Origin: Octopus sinensis
Taxonomy: Eukaryota
NCBI RefSeq assembly: GCF_006345805.1
Contig: NC_043012.1
Span: 45,880,001 to 45,944,000, forward strand
DNA: 64,000 nucleotides
Reading direction: 5' to 3'
Translations under genes and position numbers: made by a program
Notes under the pieces: generated by a model
Seen by the model: only the letters and a program-made list of their open reading frames with translations
Told to the model about the DNA's origin: nothing
Databases searched by the model: none
Shown here: piece by piece, positions 39,740-53,842 of the stretch
Numbering within the stretch: the stretch's first letter is position 1
How the letters are laid out: the number at the start of each line of letters is the position of its first letter

Positions 39740-41420
39740 TTTTTTTCTTTAGACAGTCTGCCATTAAGTAAACGATACACTTTATTCACAGCAATTTTTT
39801 TTGAATCGAAAAGTCTGCAACAAATTCAAATATTTAAAAATATAAAAAAAGCATTGATGTGTTAGAAAATCTTATGAATGTAAACATATTTTTTCTTTTA
39901 TCGAACATCAGAATCATAGGAAGAATCTGTTTACATTCTTATAATTTCCTATAATTTGATAACATTCGATTGAGTTACTGGCGCCAGTAGAACGTTGATA
40001 GATCTAAAAACACACACGAATATATGATTGCCACTACTATTAACTCTATGAATAGAAGTAAACTCTTCTTGTAATAAAAACATTTCAATTGAAGTAGAAT
40101 TATAATAAGTATTAAATTTGGAAATAAAACTGTTATGGAATTTTGAAGGTATTGTTATCGATTATGAAATGGGTTCAAATTTATTCGGAAAGAATTGTTT
40201 AAATACATTTAAAATATCACCGATATATATGATCAATAATATTATTGATATTGTTAACATTGTTGCTAATTTGACTGGCTTTAACTATAAAATAATATCG
40301 ACTATTTATGTACTAAGTATTCCGAAATAGCTTTGTTTGCCTTAGACAGCTGCACGGAATTTCAGAGTAGAATTCAACTATGACAAAGTGCGGAACTGAT
40401 TTGTGGAATGCCAGTAAACTATTTTCAAAGGCACAGATCGTTAAGTGTGAAATATAACAAGACCTTCTATATAGCACCATTAAGACAGTTTGATAAGAGT
40501 GACTAAAGTTAATGTTTGAGAGCCGAACCGAAACCTCCGCAGCAGTAAAGATTTTAAAATCACACCAACAGAAGCTCACCGTCCAATATTCAGGCATCGT
40601 AAATTATTCCACAAATAGGTGAGAGGAAATAAACTTCAGCAAAGTAAGAGTAAAAATCTACTACGAATGTCTCACAGTAAGCGCGTCACAGTCGCTCTTT
40701 GAGTTACGTTGTTATGTTGTATTCACATCGTCAAACATTGCTGATGAATCACAGACTATATTATGTAAAATTTACAAATTTGAAACACTGGCCGAAACTA
40801 AGTTATATGACAGTGGAATATCATTTACGCCGCTTAAATTTAAAAAAGAAGTGAAATTAGATATTTCTTCAACATTTATCCGTACAGTCTCCGTGAAACA
40901 ATGTGGCAGGACGCATTGTTCAAACTTTCTTTCGACGAATACGCAAGTATACAATAAAAACAACTGTAATAAGTAGAAGGATAATCAAAATAATATTCTC
41001 ATATCATACAATGTCGAGGATTGATGTACGGATTACGGCAACGAACTACAATAGCATTATTGTCACAGAACCATAATTAATGGAAAGCCATACAGAGAGT
41101 CACACTAAGTTTTATGCCGCCCGTTCAGCATTAGCAATCGATAATCGAAGCAATAAATCGTTTCATTGTGCTACTTGTTTAAAACAAAACTGGATGAATG
41201 GATACAACAAAAGCAAATTAATTTAGTAGATTCTCCAGCGTTATTCCTGAAAAAGATGATTGTATGAATTTGATGATTGTCCTTGCACTCAATCAATTCA
41301 CACTCATCGTAGTCGCCACTTAAAGATCCAGATCCGCAATGATTTCCATAATTGACACAACAAGAAAACCAAAGCAGATCAGGCGGTGACAAACGCCAGA
41401 GAATTACTCGCCACCATCAT
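39740..41420 (+). pseudogene. TLR-like pseudogene (LRR remnants and TIR)
   Basis: Stop-free stretch from 40623 to about 40975 containing KLDISSTFIRTV; NILISYNVED (40992-41021); SFMP..SIIEAINRFIVLL (to about 41176); NLMIVL. Confidence 0.4.
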
Positions 41421-42494
41421 CAATGAAATCCAGAAACTAGATATTTTTCTTATGTTAAAAGATATATTACATTTTGTCCTCTTAATTAATACATATTAAG
41501 ATATGCTTTACGAAATTTATTATATATTTTTGCTGTATGTAAATCATTATAATGTATTAAAAGATTGAAATTAGAAGTAGGTATTGAGGTAGTGGGTAAT
41601 TAAATTATTATGTCTTGTTTTTGTAATTTTTCCTCCAATATTACATATCCAAACTATCGAGGAACGTACTGTCACATTAAGTATAACAACAATTTTGGCC
41701 ACCAATACTAACATGACATACTTCACACACGTGCACGCGCGCACACACACATACACACGCACACCTGTATTTGCATATGTATTACATATCGATAGCTTGG
41801 ACAAACCCCATCCCCTTACAAATAAGTGGCCTTGTGGCTTAATCACAAACCATATTACTCAAGTCTCGTTTACCTGTATCAGTGAATCACAAACTGTAAT
41901 CTTCGATTTCAATGAAGATTCTTATACATTTCCAAAATAAGTCCGGGGATAATTACCCCACGCTGTGTGTGTGTGCATAACCATACGTAATCTTACATTC
42001 AAATTACTTAGGATTAAAATCCGAGTTTCCAAGAGAAAGTAATCAGTAACTAGACTATTGCTATTTGTTCACATGGTTTCTGATTAAAATTGCATACATA
42101 TGTTGACAATTATGCTACATACAGAATGTGAATCATAGCAATTACACATTGTCTGAAAGGGTTGTAATTAAAATGGAAAATTGAAAATGATAGAATACTT
42201 GGTAAATGAACTGGAACGATATTTATGATGTATTTGTAATATTGTCTGCTTAATCGTTTCGTATTTAGGAATGGAGTCCATTAAATATCTAGAGTATCAG
42301 AGATACTGTAATATACCGGAATAAACGTTTTGCTATAATTTCATAATTTTAAGTTTTAAGTTCAATTGTTGTTGTTATCATCGTAGCTATTTCTCACTGT
42401 GGAATAAATTAACGGTGCCAGTCGTATAAGGTGCCAATTTTCCTAAGCGAGTAGCTTTCATTTTTGTGTATTCTATCGAATAATTCTTTTTTTC

Positions 42495-42675
42495 TCTACT
42501 CTAGGCACAAGGCCCGAAATTTTGGGGGAGGGGACCAGTCGATTAGATCGACCCCAGTACGCAACGTACTTAATTTATCAAACCTCGGTGGAATTTGAAC
42601 TCAGAACGTAACGGCAGACGAAATACCGCTAAGCATTTGGCCCGGCATGCTAACGTTTCTGCCAGCTCACCGACT
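42495..42675 (-). mobile_element. SINE family B, deleted copy
   Basis: gtcgattagatcgaccccagt..ggaatttgaactcagaacgtaacggcagacgaaataccgctaagcatt..gctaacgtttctgccagctcacc. Confidence 0.9.
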
Positions 42676-42929
42676 ATTCCATCGAATAATAATTGTGTAT
42701 CCAATGTGTCTGCTTTAACTAAAATATTAGCCTGATTCCTGAAAGAAAATTTACCGTACCACAATTATTTTTACTGACTTAAATTATTATGATAAACCAT
42801 ATTCTTCCTGAAAATTCCGGGTAGGAAATTTCATTCATCTTTAGTTTACACGAAACATCAATTTTCCCTCATCAAAGGCCTGCCTTAAGCTTATATTTCT
42901 CAATATATCAATGTTTTTTTTTTTTTATT

Positions 42930-43045
42930 GCGCCGAAGTCGACTTTACCTTGCATCATTTCGGGGTCGATTAAATAATTACAATTTGGGCACTGATATCG
43001 ATGTAATCGACTTACGCCTCTCCCGAAATTGCCGGCCTTGTGCCA
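42930..43045 (+). mobile_element. SINE family B, partial copy in the opposite orientation
   Basis: cgccgaagtcgactttacctt..tttcggggtcgat..gatgtaatcgactt..ggccttgtgcc. Confidence 0.75.
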
Positions 43046-43799
43046 AAATTTGAAACCAATAAATCACTGGCTTTTATGAAATACGCATTTTGATTAATTA
43101 TTCATTTTACTCATGCTCTAATATTATTTTCCACCATTCATCTACTGAAGGAAAGCATAAATGCGCACTCATCTTTAACCCTCACTGTTACATATTTCTT
43201 TACTCATATTCATTCAGACATCTCCCTATAAGGTTTTCCTTAGAATTAGCATAACTACCAAATCTCTTCCCATTTGTTAGTCGCAAAAGAGAGTGAGTAA
43301 TTTAGTCGATTGAAAGAAACAGCGTAATAGTTGATAAGTACCGAAATGGTCAGCCTTCATCGCGTAACAAATTTATTGTCTAAATACTTAATTGTATTCT
43401 TTCTTCTGTTTTGCAATTTCGTCTTTATTATCTCACCTTGACGATAGAATTGTAATGTATAGTCAACCTGACATTTTTTGTTTTATATATGTTTTTGTCC
43501 ATTTCTTTATTTCTGTATTTATTGATTATGATTGTATTGCTTAGTTTTGTTTGTAAACTGCTGAAAAATGACACATCACTTAGGGTATCCATCCTCATGC
43601 TGAGTGAAATTACGGTAGGAACTAACAGGGCATTTGTTTAAACAATCCCCGGGGAGGGCGCATTTTATACCTTCGATACTTAATAATGTCTACACATCTC
43701 ATCAATATACTGCAGGTGTAAATATGTATTGAAACAATTGTAGTGAATAAAGAATGTCGTTTATTTCATTTTACGGCATTTACGTATTTATATAAACTC

Positions 43800-44470
43800 T
43801 ACAAATGCAAAGGAGTTCCTGGTGTATATCCAGGAGTTGATCAAAGTTATGTGGCCACGGGATGAATCAGTCATTCTGGTAGCATTACCAATTGGTGAGT
43901 ATTTTTGGAAGTTGTCTCCAAATTTCAATCTAGCGTGTTCGTATATGTGGACTACCATCGTCCCCATCTCCGTGCCCGATTTTTGTCATAAGTGTTCTCG
44001 TTGAAGTTGAAGAGATTGTTCTATACGATAAATTTTATTCCTTCAACGAGGAATTCTTTTCTGATTCGGTCATGAATGTCACTTGGGAATTTTTCCATCC
44101 AGTATTGTTGGCTATTATTCCGTATTGGTGAGGAATCGAGGTGTAGATGTTTATTACATCGAATGAAACCAGAAGGTAGTCCTTGCTGGTTTTGTTCGGG
44201 GGATGGTTTAAAAGTGCAGATCATCCCTTATAAAGCTCGGTATATGTGGGAGAATAGGTTTAAGGAGGACGTCAATAAAGTTACTGAGTCTGTGTGCCTC
44301 ACACGGAGGACCGGCTACAATGGGTCTCATTTTGAGATCTCTCGGATGTGGGATATTTGTGACAACAGAAGTTGATTTGTTACAGGTTTCGTTTATGGCT
44401 TCACTTTTGTGGATTTTGGGAAGTCCAGAAAAGTTACTGGTTTTGCAGTCAAATCTCTCTCCATTTCCGT
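43800..44470 (-). mobile_element. Penelope-like RT fragment (different family)
   Basis: ORF 44208-44609 FSGLPKIHKS..MRPIVAGP..LSNFIDVLLKP..SFIRDDLHF, then LVSFDVIN..SIPH. Confidence 0.88.
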
Positions 44471-44475
44471 ATATG

Positions 44476-44510
<35 letters not shown>

Positions 44511-44550
44511 ATATATATATATTATATATATATATATATATAATATATAT

Positions 44551-44585
<35 letters not shown>

Positions 44586-45989
44586 TGTATAGGTACTTAC
44601 CTTCCACATAACTGAATAACGTTAAACAAAAAGTATAAGATTGAATCATCAATACTTCGCTGAACGCTTTACAATTTGTCCTTCCAATGTATAATTTACG
44701 CTGAAGTTTATTTTGCACCCACGCAATATTTATTATTACATAATATATGTAGATGTGTGCGCGAGAGGATCAGTGAAAGAGAGAAAGATCGTGCGTGTGC
44801 AATTGGCCACGTCTGTGTGTGTGTGTCGGATGATTTTTTTAGGTACAGGTTTCGTTACACACAAATGCAGATGCATTTCCACGTATATATATGCACACAT
44901 GCACACTCACAAACACTAAATCTAATATATACACACACACACACACACTCATACACACATACATACAAACACACAATATCAAATATATAATAGGCAAGAA
45001 ACTTGCGGAAACATCTATATAGATGAATATTTACTGAGTGTATATGTGTATATATTTCTAAAGGCGCAGTTTTATGAGATCTACGCACTCCTAAGTTCAT
45101 ATATAAATTATTACACATATATATTCACACACTTACTCGCGAATAGTTACATTTAGACACGCCGATATATCTGCGAAACATTACGTTTTTAAATCTCTGA
45201 TTTTAAGCGTGTGATTGATTTCAAATAACAAGATGAACATATTTCTTCACAAAGGAAAATTGTCCCAGCGATTTTATTATGTAGAAACTGATTAAAGCAA
45301 AGCTTTTACAAATTGAAATATTTTGCTATTTAAAAAACAAAAACAACTAGAACTGAATGCAAGCGAAATAAATGAATTAAAATTTCAAAAGCATAACACG
45401 AAAACATATGAAACATTATATGAATTAAGCATATATTAGTGTATATTTTTCAGATATATTCGTTATATTATGGATGGAATTTCCAATAAGCGAAACGGTT
45501 CGCTGAAAATGTTAATGCTAATCTTCTACTTAAAATGAAAATATGTTATGCCAAGGGGAACCAATATCTACTCGAAATTAGAAGTTTTGAACTCAAAGAA
45601 TAATATACAAATTACAAGCGAAAAAACAGAACAAGGAAAAAGAACAAGTGGTAATAAGAAATGTTTTCCAATATAACTGAATTGGGAGTTTTCATTGATT
45701 GTTTATCTATGTATAGAACACCCATACCACACCTCTCATTTCTATTACTCTCTTACGCCATTACACTCTCCCTCTCTGCGCGCGTGTCTATGTATGCATG
45801 TATATACGTGTTCTAATATAATATACGAAGTATTTCCTCAGGTGTGTATATCTCTAAATTTATGAAAGGACATATTTATATGTAGTTGTTTGCTGCATGT
45901 TGCATGTTTGAGTGAATGTGTTTATTGATTCCTCTACCAGTAGAAAAAGAATATATGTATTTTTGTTACAGATCTCAATCAAATAACCT

Positions 45990-47140
45990 TCCATGTTTTC
46001 GTGTTCGAATATGAAGTGTCACAATATATTTTCGAATTTGATGGGGATTTTTGTGTTTGTAGAAATTTTGTAAATTCTGGCTATGTATTTTTCTAAGCAG
46101 CATCAAACACTAAGGGTTCCACTTTATCCCATAATTCATTTATATTATCTATGGTTATTATTTTATTGAACTTCTTCCACATGTCTTACGTATCAATCGC
46201 TTTCTTAAAGAAGCTGAACGTTTTTGAAGCTATCTGTCACGCCTTAGCTGGAAGTGAAGTCAGCTGGAACAATGAAGTTGTATTTTGGGCATATATTCTT
46301 TATCAGAAACCTCATTTAAGCTAACTGGTTTGATTGTGGCATTGACTTACTGGAGCAGTGCTTTGTCGGGAATATTTCTTCGGACTCTGAAATTTTGTAC
46401 AGTAGGAAGGAAAATTTAAGTTAAGCACAAATTGAAAAACCTGCTAGTAATCCATGCCTACTTATTTAAACACCGTGTCAGACGCATATTAAACCTTGAG
46501 CCACCTCTAAAGATCCTAGGAATACCGGAGTAGTACATGACCATAGGCTTTAATTTCTTATCACCAGCAGCGTTTACTCCCAGAAGAAGCAACAAACGAC
46601 ATTGAAGAGACTTTTAATTCAGGTGTTGAATTATTCTCTTGCGAAATAAACTTTCTAGAAACAACGACCTCCCGGAAAATTCCAGTTTCATCAATATTGT
46701 AGTCTTCCCTTAATTTGTAGCCCCTTTTTGTAATTATTCTTTTCCATTTTTTTCTTAGAAATGGCAGATTCATCAGTCATGCATATTTTATCTAATTTCA
46801 AACGCTCGTTTTCATTACCATCGTATTATCGACACATTGCATCAAGCTTGATCTTCGACCCATACAGACAACTGCCGTCTTAATTTAAGCATTTCGTTAG
46901 ATCTATGGAGTAATTAGTCCCGAACATTTCGCGGAGAGATATGTTGAGCTCTTGACTCAATTTTCTCACTATTGCCGCTTGTTGTCCCCACTATAGACGT
47001 TGGAAGATTTAATGATTTTGCAACGTTGCCGCTTTTTTTCTCTTACAACGGGGCTATGTCCAATGTAATTGTTTACGGTTCTTTTTCGCACTATTGCCTT
47101 CATCTCTGCTTGTTAGCTTCTTTCCAGACACCCTACGTTG
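45990..47140 (-). mobile_element. pogo/Tigger-like DNA transposon, decayed
   Basis: LSVWVEDQ (CENP-B-type HTH), YNIDETGIF, GVNAAGDKKLKPMVMY, AWIT, NIPDKALL, a PQNTTSLFQ-like motif. A short related piece lies on + at about 51950-51985. Confidence 0.75.
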
Positions 47141-47389
47141 TAGGTAAATCTAACAATAAAGTTGGAAAATATAATACCAGGAAAGAATTGTTTATGAGAG
47201 AGCACAGAATGCTGTCTGATTCCCAAGAAAGTAAGAATGGACATGTGATGAAATAGCGAATAAGAATGTTGGAAGGAAGTACTGTACGAATTAAGTTAGT
47301 TGAGGGGATACCAGATTCATGGACATTTCATTCTTTGCACTTCTAAATTCAGGCATTAAAACTCCAAACTTCACTCGCGAACACATAAG

Positions 47390-48945
47390 TACACGCTGAG
47401 CTGAAAAGTTAATAGGCTGATTATGAAGGAGTGATGCTAGAGCTGTGAAATCTTGCATGCATTAATTTCATTCCTTATAAATAACAGCATTGTTCCCTTC
47501 TGATTGATCAAAGAGGAATCCAAACGTAATAAAAAGCAACATATCTTGAAAACGGACAACACTTGGGCAGCCTGGTGTCGTCAAGTAGCTAGAGGACGAA
47601 GCTCCAACTTATAGTGGGCATCTGAATTTCGAAAGAGAAGGGGAGGTCTTGAAGTTGACTCAAGGTCTAGACTTTCTGTTGCTGCCACCACAGAGGAAAA
47701 CATTGATCGTGTTCACCACGTGATGATGGGTGACAGGCTATTGATTATATATCAAATAGCCAATGCTATTAGCATATCCTGTGAGAGAGAGTTGAGAATA
47801 TTCTGAGCCATAAACTTGGGATGACGAAGGTTTCTGCTCGGTGCGTGCCACGTCTCTTGCATCTGATCAACAGCGCACCCAGGCTAATCACATCACAGGA
47901 AAATCTGGCATTGCTTGAGACAAATACAACTGATTTCCTTGAACGTTTTCTAATCCAAGATGTGTGTTGATTCCTCACTTTGAGCCAGAGACAAAAGGAC
48001 AATCCATACACCGGAAACAGCTCCCTTCAGCTGTGTTAATGATGGCCAGGGTATTTTTATCTTCAGGCGAGGTGATAGCCTCAGTTGTTTCAGGATGAAA
48101 AAGGCATTGTGTTTGTTGACCTTCTTTTCAGAGGCCACACTATCAATGGAGAGCATTATACCAACTTACTGATGTGGTTGCGAAAGATTAACTCGAGCAA
48201 TCGTCCAGGAAAACTGACTTGCTTCATCAGGACAATACTCCAGCACACAAGTCGTTGGTGTGGATGGGTACCGTGCCTGGTTGCAGCTGTGAACCGTTTG
48301 GCCACTCTCCTTATCCTGCTTATTTGGCCTATTTGACTATCTTCTCTTGCCCAACAGGAAAAGACTATGCTTTGCTGGGAACCGATATCACAGTGTTATG
48401 AAGGCGCGTGGCTTAGTGTTTAGGGTGTTGGACTCAAGAACGTAAGATTGTTGTTTCGATTCATGGACCGGCCGATGCGTTGTGTTCTCGTGCAAAACAC
48501 TTCGTTTCACGTTGCTCCATTTCACTCAGCTGGCAAAAATGAGTAATCCTGCGACGGACCGGCGTCCCATCCAGGTGGGGAATTTCTACGCCACTGAAAC
48601 AGGGAAACCGGCACTTATGAGTCTGACATGGCTCGAGAAGGAAGCATTTCTTCTTCTTCTTCTTCTTCTTCTTCTTCTTCTTCTTCTTCTTCTTCTTCTT
48701 CTTCTTCTTCTTCTTCTTCTTCTTCTTCTTCTTCTTCTTCTTCTTCTTCTTCTTGATGGTGTCATATCTGCTGTTGATGATTTTTTTTTTACGAACAGAA
48801 TAAAAATTTCATCACCAGTGTGATCCAAGCACCGCAAAATTGAGGGAAAAGGCGAGTGAACAGCAAGAAGGACTATGTTTGAAAATAAAATGCATCTAGT
48901 TACATTCCAGGTTAGTCTATAAAATGTTCAGTCGATCCTCGCATA
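47390..48945 (+). mobile_element. mariner transposon with both TIR remnants, split by a SINE
   Basis: TTEENIDRVHH..LGMTKVSARCVPRLL..HFEPETKGQS; GHTINGEHY; LLHQDNTPAHKS; HSPY; resumes after the SINE with VISAVDDFF..KDYV. TIRs ctgaaaagttaataggctga and ttagtctataaaatgttcag. Confidence 0.9.
48401..48754 (+). mobile_element. tRNA-derived SINE family C (CORE/V-domain-like) with a (CTT)n tail
   Basis: ggcgcgtggcttagtgtttagg (A box), gtttcgattc (B box), ttgtgttctcgtgcaaaacactt, gcgacggaccggcgtcccatccagg; (CTT)n at 48648-48754. Confidence 0.85.
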
Positions 48946-49645
48946 CTTACTCCGTTCTCTCGATGTACGATATGTGTAGCTGTGATTATACTGGTACTAT
49001 TTGCGCTGTTTCCAGTTGGTTATTCAAAATCGATAGGTTAGTAATGGAGATCGTGCTATTTGTATTGGTTTTGATGTTGGTGCGGTGGATATGTTGATGG
49101 TGAATGGTATTATTGGTGATTATATTGTTTCATTAATTGTATCATTGTTACATTTTATACACAAATAATTGTAAGTGATCTAAGTTCACAGACAAGTCAT
49201 TCCGATTTTCAAATACACCAGGGTGCCACATTATCTCCTATGATTCTCTTTTAATTTAGATGGATCTGCTTGTCTTGTTCATACTATTTTTGCTAGTATT
49301 TTATTGCTTATTAAGTCATTGGTAGGTGGTTTTGATGAAGGTTGAATTAAATTTCAAAATAGGTAAATTCAGTGACTGATAAAAAGAGAGATAAATAGAT
49401 AAACAATACGATAGGTAGATACGCATTGCAGCCAAAGAAATTATATAAAACATTCACAGTGAAACGCCCATTTTACACGCTTTAAAGCTTTATATTGACG
49501 TTTACACACACACATGGATAGACACAAAAACAAATTATAGACACCCATATATATATACATCTATATCTATCTATCATTTGACTGAGGTCATGCTGGAGCA
49601 CCACCTTTAGCCGAGATTATTGGCCCTAGGACTTATTCCTTGTGA

Positions 49646-49818
49646 TACAGTTTTATATCTAAGAGATAAGGAAAGGAATTATGCACATTATTTACATTTG
49701 ACGGATATTTGTCCTCGTCTTGTTAGCTGTTAGCACAATGTTTCGGCTGATATACTTTCATCAGGTGTCTTGGGGATATTTCGAACCTTGCTTCTCATTC
49801 CTAAGGTATTTTTCGATG

Positions 49819-49874
<56 letters not shown>

Positions 49875-50335
49875 GATATATCCTATCTGTACTCGGTCTG
49901 CTTAGGAGGTTGTTGTGTCTAGCATATTTGCTGCTTCTTTTAGTTTTCGTATTTTCCAGTGGTGTTCTCTATCTCTTATTTTAACTTCATCCCACAGGTG
50001 GAGGTGGTCTTCATTTTTCCATATATGATCAGCTATACCCGATTTATCAATATCTCCTTGTCACAGATTTGCGATGTTCATCTAGACTTATTTTGAGGGG
50101 GTGGCATGTTTCGCCTTTGTACAATCTACCGCAGCTTCATGGGATTGAGTACATTCGGTCTTTCGCCATATTCTCTTCTATTGATGGTTTTACTCGAAGG
50201 AGATATTTGCGAAGTGTTGTAATACTCTTGAATGCTGTTCTGATGTCATATGGGCCGCATATCTTTCGTATCTTTTCGGAGAGGCTTTTCACGTAGGGTA
50301 GACTAACTGTGGTCAGTTTGTTGGTTTCGTCCTCC
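49646..50335 (-). mobile_element. Penelope-like element, 3' part (GIY-YIG and pLTR), same family as 16340-18492, abutting a family-A SINE piece at 49575-49645
   Basis: ORF 50137-50337 LPYVKSL..AFKSITTLRKYLLRVKP..YSIP; the pLTR terminus tacagttttatatctaagag matches 18470-18492. Confidence 0.88.
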
Positions 50336-50697
50336 AAGAATCAAATTAGCGTTGCTTTCAATGGAGTAAATAAAACGAATTAAGATCGACAGACAGGAGG
50401 AAATAAAGTGCACGTAAATGGTGTCGAGTTAATATAATGATATTACACATTACTATAAGAATTCACTTTTTCCCCATCTTTCTTGCTGTTTCAAATACTA
50501 AAAAATATCTGAATTAAGTAGCCAAAGATACAAGCAGGCGCATCGTCGCGTACGGATATCTCTTCACTGCCTGCCAAGTATTTAAGCCTCGATGTTGAAT
50601 AAACGAATGAAAATCATATTTGTACATGCTCATTTGCATACACGCATATATAGTCGCAGTCATACAATCTTTCACATGGCAACAAAAATATATGTAC

Positions 50698-50698
<1 letters not shown>

Positions 50699-50791
<93 letters not shown>

Positions 50792-51423
50792 GTCAGTCTG
50801 TCTGTCTATCTATTTATCTACTCATCTATGTGCACTTATATTTTTGCAGATGCATATACACAAAATCATGAATAGAGCCAAAGACCTACATGCACATGAC
50901 ATGCGCGCGCACGCACATACACTCATACAAATGCGTGTGTGTATATATATATATTTACATATATAAAATAATTAGACTTCCTTTACACATGCATGCGTTG
51001 CTTTTTTTTCTCACAAATGCGTGCACCTGTAGATATACATAACAATATATACTTACTAATAGAGTTGGTTAAAAACAGAAAATTAGTCATGTAAGAAACT
51101 ACTACGTGAATTTCAGTCTACAAAAAACAAATATCTTTTCCGTTACAAACTATTTCCACTTAATGAAGAACGACGGTAAATTGATCCGGTTTGTCACGTC
51201 TGATTATGTCACCATATAGATGGAAATGCCACGCTGTTTGTTCACTACATGCTGTTGCCTTGATCAGATATGAGTAAAGCTTAATAATTCAAATTAAAAA
51301 AAGAAGAGAAGAAACATTGTATAACTCACTCACAGAAACAAACATATGTATGCACAATTTCAGACAAACACTACCTACCTATCTACCTACCTACCTTCCT
51401 ACCTACCTACCTACCTACCTATA

Positions 51424-51513
<90 letters not shown>

Positions 51514-51515
51514 CA
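50699..51515. repeat. Two (TCTA)n/(CCTA)n microsatellite runs (50699-50790 and 51370-51515)
   Basis: Direct reading. Confidence 0.95.
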
Positions 51516-52188
51516 TACATATATATGTGTGTGTGTCTGTATGTATGTGAATGTATGCACAAAAACACGTATGTATATAAGAAAAAATGTATTAAATAAT
51601 CATCGGGACACGGGCCAAAGTATCTAGAGGAGATGTTTACAAATACATACATATAATACACAAAGTCTCCTCCCGCTGAAGAAAGACGTAGCAGCTGAAG
51701 ATACTATATTTATTTTTTCATCTCAGTCTCTTCATTGTTTAAATATAATTTCTGCCAGCTCTGAAGTTTGTCTATTTTGTCTCATATAGAATGATACAAA
51801 ATACAACTTTATCTTTTCGGTATAAGACATTTTTAGAAATATTTCGTATGTTCTTCCTTGGCCAAAAAATTTAGTTCGGATGTCTATTAAGAAGTGGTGT
51901 ATAAGCATTTTAAAAAAATTATTCAGTTGTGCGAAGTTGACAGACAGAGGGGACAACAAGCGACAATAGTGAGATCGTTGGAATATACAATTTAGCACCA
52001 AGTTTGGGGAGCTAAATGCAATTAAAGTTAGTATAACTATATGTTAATCGACATTCAGTTAATTTCAAAGTAACTTTTCTTTTTACAAAATTAGGTTTAG
52101 TAAAACTGAAATCACAGGACATGTTCGATGAAATATTTAGCAATATTGCTGTGTCTTGGAAGAAATATCGCCTTAGTAAAGTAATGCA

Positions 52189-53010
52189 TATCCCATAAAT
52201 AATGCGGAGTTTTTTATACTTATTTTATTTATCAAAATTAATATAAAAGCAAAGATGGTCGTTTTTTTCTTCTAGCGCTGACTTATGGCGCTCAAGTTCC
52301 TTGAAGTAGAGCTTTGTAATCGATTGGTTTGACTTTAAAGTTCAAAGTGGACGATAATTTTCATATCCCACCAAACAGATGACAACTCCTTACGTGGGTG
52401 AAGACCTTCTTTAGCGTGGGGTACTGGTGCTTCGCCTTCCCCTACCCACTCTCTTCGGCGCTTCACATCTTTATAGAGAAAGAATTTCTCATCACTCGTA
52501 AGTATTCAGTCCACAATCGTCCTTTCGTGAGACATGACAGCAAAGAAGAGCACACGTTCACTCTCTTTGCGCGATTTGACTCGGTAACATTGTAGGGAAC
52601 CCATTGACCCGATTTGCTGACTTTTCCGATTGCACACAGGTGTCTCTGCCAGTTCCTTAACAGTTACGATGAGATTTTATTCCACCAGGGATTGCAGAAC
52701 GTCCTCATCGAGCTCTGCAGATCTTCCGGGACGAAGCTCATCTTCTACGCTGTAGTTTCCGGCTCGGAATTTCTGGACCAACCGTTGACACTAGTTTACG
52801 CTTATTGTCAGGCCCCCATGCACTGCATTAATATTCCTCGTACTTTCCGTTTCGTTGTTGCCTTTATTGAATTCATAAATCAAAATTTACCGACTATGCT
52901 CCTTTGTTACTTCCATTATATAGCACTGAAAAAAAATAAATGTTAAAATCGAACTGTACTCTTCAAAACTTGCACTATGAATAAGTTCAAGGGAAAATTA
53001 ATACCTGTTT
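52189..53010 (-). mobile_element. mariner transposon, same family as 29135-30315, internally deleted
   Basis: EFNKGNN..QWVPY..SDEKFF..GLHPRK..SVWWDMK; TIR tcccataaataatgcgg at 52191-52207. Confidence 0.88.
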
Positions 53011-53199
53011 TTATACATACATGTATGTGGATATATCTATATATAATATATATACATATATATATATACATGTACATATACATACATGTATGTGTATATA
53101 TCTACATATAATATATATATCATATATATATATATATACATATATAGATAGATAGATGGATAAATAGATAGATATGATGGGGAGAGAGAAAGAGAGATG

Positions 53200-53620
53200 T
53201 CCTGTGAAGCGCATGCACATCTCATTGACCACGATCCATCATGCTCCTTGTCATTCTGCAGCTGCTGTTGTACATAAGCTTGACAAGGTTTTCCTATTCT
53301 TCTTATAAATTCTATTGATTTCTGTAGTACATGTTGACGCAGAATTCCATTCGTAACCTCTAACAACCAAACTTACGTCTGCATCCTATGATGATTTCTG
53401 TAACTAATGGTATATTCCCATATAATACTCAATTTTGTAAGTGTTGCTCCCAGTAAACATCCTTCACTCTCATTAACATTTCAGTATATATTGCATTACA
53501 TTTGCTTTAGCTTTGATTTAGTAGTAAAAGCAGAAAATATGTATGTCTTTATATCTTATCACTTTGAAAAAATATTTTTGTATATAAACATATTTATACG
53601 CATCTATACACATATGCAGG

Positions 53621-53688
<68 letters not shown>

Positions 53689-53810
53689 ATTGTGTGTGTG
53701 TACATATATATATATGTGTGTGTGTGTGTGTGTATTCATACATTGAAACACAGGTACAACTTCACACACGAACATATAGACACACAACCACTCACACGTA
53801 TATATATATA

Positions 53811-53842
<32 letters not shown>

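Noticed and set aside
43150-43450. Additional LRR-like words on the minus strand (RLTIHYNSI, TIKYLD, SFNRL)
   Set aside because: Too short to distinguish from AT-rich background without an HMM.
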